A stretch of DNA of 31,524 bases from Gemmatimonadota bacterium (GTDB lineage: Bacteria; Gemmatimonadota; Gemmatimonadetes; Gemmatimonadales; GWC2-71-9). Shown piece by piece: positions 25,329 through 31,524 of the stretch. The stretch is from the NCBI GenBank assembly GCA_039591655.1, contig JBDHDE010000029.1, positions 1-31,524 of the forward strand. Reading direction: 5' to 3'. The notes under the pieces are model-generated. The model was not told the DNA's origin and ran no database searches. It worked only from the letters and a program-made list of their open reading frames with translations. The position numbers and the translations under genes were made by a program. Each line of letters begins with the position of its first letter. Position 1 is the stretch's first letter.

Positions 25329-26492
25329 CTAGTCTTGGGCCATGCTTTCTTTGAGGAGGTTGGCCGCGATGACGTTGCGCTGGATCTCGTTCGATCCCTC
25401 GTAGATCTGCGTGATCTTGGCGTCGCGCATGAGCTTCTCGACGGGATACTCCTTCATGTAGCCGTACCCGCCGAAGATCTGCACCGCGTCCACGGTCACC
25501 TTCATGCACGCGTCCGAAGCGAACGTCTTACAGATGGCCGACGCCTTGGCGACGTGCTTCGCCCCCGAGTCGATCATGCGCGCCGCGGAGTAAACCAGGG
25601 CGCGAGAGGCCTCCACCGCGATGGCCATGTCGGCGAGCATGAACTGGATGCCCTGGAACGACGAGATGGGGTGGCCGAACTGCTTGCGGACGCGGGCGTA
25701 GTGGGTCGCCTCGTCCATCGCGCGCTGGGCGATGCCCACCGCCTGGGCGGCCACACCCGGCCGCGCATGGTCGAACGTCTTCAGCGCCACGACGAACCCC
25801 ATCCCCTCCCGCCCCAGGCGGTTCGCCTCGGGTACCCGGACATCGTTGAAGATCACCTCGCGGGTGGCGGAGCCCCGGATACCCATCTTGTTCTCTTTCT
25901 TGCCGAACTCGACACCGGGCGTGCCCTTGTCCACGATGAATGCGCTGGCGCCCCGCGCGCCCTTGGACTTGTCGGTCAGGGCGATCACGGTGTAGACCTC
26001 CGCCTCGCCGCCGTTGGTGATCCACTGCTTGGTGCCGTTGAGCGCGTAGTGGCTGCCGTCCCACACTGCGGTGGTCCGGATCCGCGCGGCGTCGGAGCCG
26101 GCGTCTGCCTCGGTGATGGCGAACGCCGCGAGCTTCTCACCCTTGGCGATGGGGGGCAAGTACTTCTGCTTCTGCTCTTCGTTGCCGAACAGCAGGATGG
26201 GGAAAGCGCCGAGCCCGGTGCCGCCGAATGTCAGGGCGATGCCGCCGCACCCCCAGGAGAGCTCCTCCGTCACCAGCGCCATCTCGAGGACACCGCCCCC
26301 CATCCCGCCGTATTCCTCCGGGAAGGGGACAGAGAAGACGTCGGCCTCGGCCAGAATCTTGACGATGTCCCAGGGAAACTCTCCCGACTCGTCGTACTCG
26401 GCCGCCACGGGCTTGATCTTCTCCTCTGCGATCTGATGGCAGAGGTCCTTGATCATCCGCTGTTCTTCGGTGAGCAAGTAATCGATGCTCAT
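25329..26492 (-). CDS. Acyl-CoA dehydrogenase
   Basis: FAITEADAGSD, LNGTKQWITNG, KMGIRGS, QIFGGYGY, RDAKITQIYEGSNEIQR; start ATG 26492. Confidence 0.96.
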   Translation of the reverse strand: MSIDYLLTEEQRMIKDLCHQIAEEKIKPVAAEYDESGEFPWDIVKILAEADVFSVPFPEEYGGMGGGVLEMALVTEELSWGCGGIALTFGGTGLGAFPILLFGNEEQKQKYLPPIAKGEKLAAFAITEADAGSDAARIRTTAVWDGSHYALNGTKQWITNGGEAEVYTVIALTDKSKGARGASAFIVDKGTPGVEFGKKENKMGIRGSATREVIFNDVRVPEANRLGREGMGFVVALKTFDHARPGVAAQAVGIAQRAMDEATHYARVRKQFGHPISSFQGIQFMLADMAIAVEASRALVYSAARMIDSGAKHVAKASAICKTFASDACMKVTVDAVQIFGGYGYMKEYPVEKLMRDAKITQIYEGSNEIQRNVIAANLLKESMAQD

Positions 26493-26677
26493 TCTGCTTT
26501 GTGTCTCCTGCGTCCGTGACCCGGCCGCCGGTCGCACGTGCCGCGGGAACCGCGGAGCCAACCGGATCGGTCGGCTTTGATTCTACCGGGCGGGGCAGAG
26601 GGAAGCTAGGAGGGAGGGGAATGGCGAGATGGCCCAGGGGCCGCTAGGTTCTATGGCCCTGTGAATGGAGGGTGCCA

Positions 26678-27475
26678 GTGAGACATGCACAGAGGACGGT
26701 ACCGCGCTGGGCGGTGATCCTTGGTGCGTCGAGCGGGTTCGGTGAGGCGACCGCCATGGAGCTCGCCAAGTCGGGCTACGACATCTGCGGGGTCCATCTG
26801 GACCGAGGCGCCGGGAAGCAGCGGGCCAAGGACATCCAGGATGACATCGACGCGACCGGCAGGCGCGCGCTGTTCTTCAATATGAACGCAGCCGATGAGG
26901 AGAAGCGCAACGATGTGCTGAACGCGCTGGTCGATGACGGCGATAAGAACGCCAGTACGGTAGCCATCCTGATGCACTCGCTGGCGTTCGGTACTCTCAA
27001 GCCGTACATCGCCGACGACGCGGTCACCAAGCGCGGTATGAACATGACGCTGGACGTAATGGCGCACTCACTCGTCTACTGGGCGCAGGAGCTGGTGGCG
27101 CGCAACCTGATGTCGCCCGGCGGGCGCGTCTACTGCATGACCTCCGCGGGCTCCAACCGGGTGATCCCCTCCTACGGCGCGGTCTCCGCAGCGAAGGCGG
27201 CGCTCGAGTCCCACGTTCGCCAGCTCGCCGTGGAGCTGGCGCCCCACGGCATCACCGTGAACGCCTTGCGGGGCGGGGTTACTAGGACACCCGCCGCCGA
27301 GCGGATACCCGAGAGCGACGCGCTGTTCGTGGAAGCGGTGCACCGCAACCCGCACAAGCGGCTCACGACACCCGAGGACATCGCTCACGCCGTGGTCGCG
27401 CTCTCCAAGCCGGGGACCGACTGGATCACGGGCAACGTGATCAACGTGGATGGTGGAGAGGAGATTTCGGGCTAG
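26678..27475 (+). CDS. SDR oxidoreductase, enoyl-ACP reductase (FabL/FabI-like)
   Basis: ILGASSGFG, YGAVSAAK (Yx6K), ITGNVINVDGG; GGAGG at 26667-26671 favours GTG 26678 as start. Confidence 0.85.
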   Translation: MRHAQRTVPRWAVILGASSGFGEATAMELAKSGYDICGVHLDRGAGKQRAKDIQDDIDATGRRALFFNMNAADEEKRNDVLNALVDDGDKNASTVAILMHSLAFGTLKPYIADDAVTKRGMNMTLDVMAHSLVYWAQELVARNLMSPGGRVYCMTSAGSNRVIPSYGAVSAAKAALESHVRQLAVELAPHGITVNALRGGVTRTPAAERIPESDALFVEAVHRNPHKRLTTPEDIAHAVVALSKPGTDWITGNVINVDGGEEISG

Positions 27476-28041
27476 TTCCGGACGCGGAGTTGGGCCAGCT
27501 CCTGCTCGAGCTGCTCCAACCGCTGCAGCATCTCGTCTTCCGCGGGCTCGGAGGCCACGATGGGCACCCCCCGGCGGTTCAGCAGGGTCTCGACCAACGC
27601 GTCGGTATAGCCTACGACGGCGTTCGATATGCCCCGGTCGAGAATCCGGTTGAGGCGCAGCACCGCCGCCATGGACTGGCGCGGCGGGAGGTTGAGCACC
27701 GTTTCCGAGAGGTGGTGGATCAGGAGCTCACGCAGCTGCTGCAACTCCTCGACGACCTCGCCTGCAGCGAGCCCCCGGGCCGCAGCCACCTCGCCGTATA
27801 CTTCGCAGGACGTGAACCAGAGCTCTGCTACCTGGCGCCTCAGGGGGCCGGCTGATTCGGTGAGCACATCCACCAGGAGGGTGAGGTGGCGCTCGACGGT
27901 GGGGCGCTGGATGTGGGGTGCCACCGCCGTCCGCTTGATGACCCAGCGCGACCATTCCTCGATGAGCCGGTCGCGATTGGCCCGAAGTGAGCGGCTGACG
28001 GCCAAGAGAGCCGGGTTGGACGGCCGTATCGTCAGGCCCAT
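27472..28041 (-). CDS. Helical protein, RsbRD N-terminal-like domain
   Basis: LRANRDRLIEEW...YGEVAAARGLAAGEVVEELQQLRELL pattern; no output domain. Confidence 0.6.
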   Translation of the reverse strand: MGLTIRPSNPALLAVSRSLRANRDRLIEEWSRWVIKRTAVAPHIQRPTVERHLTLLVDVLTESAGPLRRQVAELWFTSCEVYGEVAAARGLAAGEVVEELQQLRELLIHHLSETVLNLPPRQSMAAVLRLNRILDRGISNAVVGYTDALVETLLNRRGVPIVASEPAEDEMLQRLEQLEQELAQLRVRN

Positions 28042-28116
28042 GCCGCGTATCCTGTCAGACTGCTCACGAGGGTAAAAAAGGTACCCAGGCCCATCCCGCA
28101 GGTCAAAAGGAGCCCC

Positions 28117-28968
28117 ATGGCCACGGTCAACACGACGCTATTCAGGCTGGAGGGAGCCGACGGTGGTCCCCTGCGGGGCGAGGTCCGGACCCAGCAGGGG
28201 GGCGCCGACCGCCCGGCGGTGGTCATCTGCCACGGCTTCAAGGGCTTCAAGGATTGGGGGTTCTTCCCCCACCTGGCCGCCCGGCTGGCCCGAGGTGGGA
28301 TGACGGCGGTCTCGTTCAACTTCTCGGGCAGCGGGGTGGGCGAGGACGGCGAGTCGTTCTCCGAGCCGGAGCGGTTCGGGCACGCCACCTACTCCAACGA
28401 CCTGAGGGATCTGGAGACGGTGGTGGAAGCCCTGTGCGGGGGCACGCTGAGCGAGGGGTTGGCGCGGCCGACGAGGCTCGGGATGTTCGGCCACAGCCGG
28501 GGCGGGGCCGTGGCGATCCTCTACGCAGCCCGGGAGCAGCGGGTTCGGGCGCTGGTCACCTGGGCGGCCGTCGGGCACCTGCTGCGGTTCGACGAGGAGA
28601 CGGTGGCACGGTGGCGCGAGGAGGGGAAGATCGACGTCGTGAACATGCGCACGGGCGACGTCCTGCCGCTCTACCTCGACATGCTCCGGGACGTCGAGGA
28701 GCACGGGGCCGGAAAGCTGGACCTGTTGGGCGCGGCCGGGACCCTTCGGGCACCCTGGCTAATCGTGCACGGTGAGGCTGACGAGGCGGTGAGCCCGTCG
28801 GACGCCCGCAAGCTCGAAGCAGCGGCGCGCCCGGGCACCGCGGAGCTGGAGATCCTCGCCGGGGGCACCCATACGCTGGGCGCGCGCCACCCATGGGCTG
28901 GTGTTACTCCGGAATTGGGGACGGGAATGGACCAGACAGCGGCGTGGTTCAGCCGCCACCTGCTGTGA
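28117..28968 (+). CDS. Alpha/beta hydrolase
   Basis: AGGAG RBS; CHGFKGFKDWG, GHSRGG nucleophile elbow, VHGEADEAV, GGTHT. Confidence 0.92.
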   Translation: MATVNTTLFRLEGADGGPLRGEVRTQQGGADRPAVVICHGFKGFKDWGFFPHLAARLARGGMTAVSFNFSGSGVGEDGESFSEPERFGHATYSNDLRDLETVVEALCGGTLSEGLARPTRLGMFGHSRGGAVAILYAAREQRVRALVTWAAVGHLLRFDEETVARWREEGKIDVVNMRTGDVLPLYLDMLRDVEEHGAGKLDLLGAAGTLRAPWLIVHGEADEAVSPSDARKLEAAARPGTAELEILAGGTHTLGARHPWAGVTPELGTGMDQTAAWFSRHLL

Positions 28969-28973
28969 GTCGG

Positions 28974-29010
28974 AAAGCGAAACCGGGCGACCCCGCGAAG
29001 GATCGCCCGG
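28974..29010 (-). terminator. Rho-independent terminator-like hairpin
   Basis: Minus strand CCGGGCGATCC-TTCGCG-GGGTCGCCCGG followed by TTTCGCTTTC, just downstream of the small ORF stop at 29019. Confidence 0.65.
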
Positions 29011-29018
29011 CGCCGCCG

Positions 29019-29183
29019 CTACAGACCGGCCGCGTAGAGGGAGTCGATCAGACTTCCGCGGCGGCTAGCCGTCGCCACTGCGTGGCGGCGGCGCAGCAGC
29101 ACCGCAGCGGCCACAGTGGCCAGGGCGAGAAGACCGACACCAAAGCTCCTGATTCGTACCTCCCAAGAGAGTCGCCGAAACAT
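29019..29183 (-). CDS. Small single-TM hypothetical protein, 54 aa
   Basis: GGAGGT RBS about 8 nt before ATG 29183; MFRRLSWEVRIRSFGVGLLALATVAAAVLLRRRHAVATASRRGSLIDSLYAAGL*; terminator downstream. Confidence 0.65.
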   Translation of the reverse strand: MFRRLSWEVRIRSFGVGLLALATVAAAVLLRRRHAVATASRRGSLIDSLYAAGL

Positions 29184-29220
29184 CACGCACCACCTCCGCC
29201 CGCGGACAATATAAACGGGC

Positions 29221-29237
29221 ATGCAAGTCCTATACCC
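29221..29237 (-). promoter_or_regulatory. Putative sigma54 (-24/-12) promoter
   Basis: Minus strand GGGTATAGGACTTGCAT = GG-N10-GC with TTGCA, followed by an AT-rich stretch. Confidence 0.45.
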
Positions 29238-29386
29238 GCGATCCCGGTTTCCGTTCGCACGGTCACTGGGGCGGGTGGCGCGACCCGCAGCACACCATTC
29301 GCGTCTTGTGGGGTTGCAATCGGCCGTGGGCGAATCGCACACTGCGGGCCGCAGCGACAATCTGTTTTGGATACGTCGCACTTTCA

Positions 29387-29965
29387 GTGAGCCACGTTAC
29401 CGTCGACACCTTGCGGCGACGCCTCGCCGATCACGTGCCGCAGCGAGCCACCGGTCCCGGACTGATACAGGCGGCGGTGGCCATAGTCCTCGCGCCGGGT
29501 GAGCGGGGTGAGCTCGACCTCCTGTTCATCAGGCGGGCCGAGGAGCCGGCCGATCCCTGGTCGGGCCAGATGGCGCTGCCCGGCGGTCGCCGGGAGGACG
29601 ACGATCCGGATCTCATGACGACCGCGATGCGGGAGACGTTCGAGGAGACCGCCGTCGAGCTGCCGCGGCAGAGCTTGCTGGGAGAGCTGGACGACCTGGC
29701 ACCCACTACACCGGTGCTGCCGCCGATCATGGTGCGGCCGTTCGTGTTCGGCCTGGGGGACAAGCCTGAAGTGGTTCCGAGTCCGGAGGTGGCACTCCAC
29801 CTGTGGACCCCGCTCGACGGACTGCCCGGTTCATTGGGGGAAAGCGAGGTCTCCGTCCGGGGCGTCGACCTCACGCGCCCAGCCTACCTGATCGGTCCCC
29901 ACGTCGTGTGGGGAATAACCTACCGTATCCTCAGCCGCTTCTTCGAGTTGATCGGGTCGGCCTAG
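29387..29965 (+). CDS. CoA pyrophosphatase (Nudix, NudL/PCD1-like)
   Basis: LLFIRRA...WSGQMALPGG, Nudix box TAMRETFEET, VWGIT; start placed at GTG 29387. Confidence 0.9.
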   Translation: MSHVTVDTLRRRLADHVPQRATGPGLIQAAVAIVLAPGERGELDLLFIRRAEEPADPWSGQMALPGGRREDDDPDLMTTAMRETFEETAVELPRQSLLGELDDLAPTTPVLPPIMVRPFVFGLGDKPEVVPSPEVALHLWTPLDGLPGSLGESEVSVRGVDLTRPAYLIGPHVVWGITYRILSRFFELIGSA

Positions 29966-30018
29966 CCCCGGGGAGCTCGCCGCCCCCTCGGTCTTGCCCC
30001 GGCGACGGGCCACAACGT

Positions 30019-30040
30019 AAATTTAGGCAAGCTTAAATTT
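30019..30040. promoter_or_regulatory. DtxR/MntR-type operator
   Basis: AAATTTAGGCAAGCTTAAATTT, near-palindrome whose core TTAGGCAAGCTTAA resembles the DtxR-family TTAGGTTAGCCTAA core; 40 nt upstream of the regulator gene. Confidence 0.8.
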
Positions 30041-30080
30041 GGGATTCAGGCGGCGTGAAACCTCCTCCCAGGGCCGCGGC

Positions 30081-30794
30081 ATGAGCGCAGACAGGAAGTC
30101 GCCGGGCTACAGTCGATCCACCGAGGATTACCTCAAGGCCATCTATGAGCTGGAGTCCGAGGATCGGGCCGCTCAGACCAGCGCCATCGCCGAGGCGCTG
30201 GATGTCGCCCCACCTTCGGTGAGCGGCATGGTGAAGCGCCTCTCGGAGTCCGGCCTGCTGGAGCACGTGCCCTACCGCGGAGTGCAGCTCACCAGGGCCG
30301 GCCGGCGCGCGGCCCTGAGGATGATGCGGCGGCATCGCATCCTAGAGACCTACCTGACCTCGAAGCTGGGATACGACTGGGACTCGGTGCACGAGGAGGC
30401 GGAGCGCCTGGAGCACGCCGTGTCGGACGAGCTCGTCGAGCGGATGGCGATGGCGCTGGGTTATCCGCAGTACGACCCGCACGGCGCGCCCATCCCCACC
30501 AAGGATGGCGAGATCGAGGAGCCGGCAGATCTCCTGCTCCTGTCCGAGGTTCCGGTGGGGCAGGTGGCGGAGCTGCGGATGGTGAGCGACCGCGATCCCG
30601 ACCTGCTACGCTACGTCGCCTCCCTCGGGCTCAGGGTAGGCGTGGTGTTCGAGGTGATCGGTCGGCAGCCGTTCAGGGGACCGACCGCGATCCGCCTCGC
30701 GGTCGGCCACGGCAGGGAACAGCACGACCATGTCATCGGGCACGAGCTCGCCGAGCACCTGAGCTGCCTGGTGCTGGAGGGCGACGTGGTGTAG
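30081..30794 (+). CDS. DtxR/MntR family metal-dependent regulator with FeoA-like domain
   Basis: EDYLKAIYEL, SVSGMVKRL, RRHRILETYL, VHEEAERLEHAVS, DPHGAPIP; C-terminal SH3/FeoA-like region. Confidence 0.95.
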   Translation: MSADRKSPGYSRSTEDYLKAIYELESEDRAAQTSAIAEALDVAPPSVSGMVKRLSESGLLEHVPYRGVQLTRAGRRAALRMMRRHRILETYLTSKLGYDWDSVHEEAERLEHAVSDELVERMAMALGYPQYDPHGAPIPTKDGEIEEPADLLLLSEVPVGQVAELRMVSDRDPDLLRYVASLGLRVGVVFEVIGRQPFRGPTAIRLAVGHGREQHDHVIGHELAEHLSCLVLEGDVV

Positions 30795-30798
30795 GCCC

Positions 30799-31248
30799 CT
30801 AGTGCGACCCCCCGTGGTCCCCGATGCACATCCACCTGTCGCCCTGTCGCACTAGCACGTCGGTCCAGCGGCCTCGCTCGGCGGTCTCCTTGCCCTCCGC
30901 GTCTACGACGGCGTAGGAGAAGTAATAGTGCACGATGGCCAAGTCACCGTGCACGGTGACGCCCACCGGATTGATCTCGTGGTGGAGGAACTCGTACTGG
31001 GCCGCCAGGTCCCCCACTGACGTCACGACATCCTCCCTGCTGCGTGGCATGTTGGCGTTGTACACCCAGCCGCTGAAGTCGTCGTGGAAGTAGCTGGCGA
31101 ACTCGGCGACTTCGCCCTTCGTGAAATGGCCCCAGTAGGTCTCGACCGTGCGCCACACTTCCTGCTGCGCGCTGGACCACTCCTGAGCCCGAGCCTCCAG
31201 AGGCAGGAGGATCGTGAGGCCTAGTGCTGCGATCACTGCGCGTCGCAT
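30799..31248 (-). CDS. Secreted NTF2-like (SnoaL/DUF4440) protein
   Basis: GGAGG RBS; signal peptide ending ARA-Q; VHGDLAIVHY...GRWTDVLVRQGDRW..IGDH. Confidence 0.85.
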   Translation of the reverse strand: MRRAVIAALGLTILLPLEARAQEWSSAQQEVWRTVETYWGHFTKGEVAEFASYFHDDFSGWVYNANMPRSREDVVTSVGDLAAQYEFLHHEINPVGVTVHGDLAIVHYYFSYAVVDAEGKETAERGRWTDVLVRQGDRWMCIGDHGGSH

Positions 31249-31259
31249 GACAACCTCCC

Positions 31260-31523
31260 TCAGAAGCTGTACGACAAGCGAACCGATGCGGCGTCATGCC
31301 AGGCCGACACGCTCACCTGCAGCCGGCTCACGGGCACCTCCTCCCACCGCTCGGTCTTGGCCTGGCTCCCGATGAGACCGCCTATGAGGGCTCCGCCGAG
31401 GGCGCCAAATGCGGCGCCGGCGAAGGCGGTGAGAGCCGGGCACGGTTCCGGGTTGTCCCACCAGCAGGGCGCGTCCTCTGGGTAGCTCACGTACCCGATC
31501 ACGCCCCCGATCAGTGCTCCACC
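31260..31523 (-). CDS. Partial hypothetical protein (C-terminus) with glycine-zipper segment
   Basis: Frame is open to the window edge; GAAFGALGGALIG...ERWEEV...VRLSYSF with C-terminal Phe. Confidence 0.65.
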   Translation of the reverse strand, partial: GGALIGGVIGYVSYPEDAPCWWDNPEPCPALTAFAGAAFGALGGALIGGLIGSQAKTERWEEVPVSRLQVSVSAWHDAASVRLSYSF

Positions 31524-31524
31524 G

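Noticed and set aside
26557..26573. Imperfect inverted repeat CCAACCG-GAT-CGGTCGG between acyl-CoA dehydrogenase and the SDR gene as a second TetR site
   Set aside because: Weak similarity and different spacing from the palindrome at 3884; insufficient support.
1..31524. CRISPR arrays, tRNA/rRNA genes, IS elements, prophage or defence genes
   Set aside because: No spaced repeats, structural RNA signatures, transposase, integrase or phage motifs seen; intergenic gaps are short.

Overview
High-GC bacterial chromosomal segment; gene content and style suggest Gemmatimonadota (inference only). About 30 tightly packed CDSs; no rRNA, tRNA, CRISPR array or mobile element seen. Highlights: (1) a 74-aa Rdx/SelW-family selenoprotein (CxxU, in-frame TGA plus SECIS-like hairpin) missed by the ORF track; (2) a five-gene, tightly linked minus-strand damage-tolerance cassette: stand-alone Zn-ribbon peptide, SplB-like radical SAM enzyme, ImuB-like inactive Y-family polymerase, detached ImuB-C-terminal-like (DUF6504-like) protein, and dnaE2, with no imuA and a non-canonical 11-bp-periodic CCGAA operator over its promoter; (3) a divergent phosphate uptake operon (Na/Pi cotransporter, PhoU-domain protein, DUF47, Pit) with a Pho-box-like site; (4) a DEAH helicase whose motif Ia appears before Walker A; (5) a 54-aa membrane peptide with its own RBS, sigma54-like promoter and terminator. 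The rest is housekeeping or accessory: TetR, PAS-Fis, outer-membrane protein, lipoprotein, ispH, response regulator, S9 peptidase, DAACS symporter, acyl-CoA dehydrogenase, enoyl-ACP reductase, hydrolase, Nudix, and DtxR/MntR with its box. All family assignments come from motif recognition by eye, not database searches.
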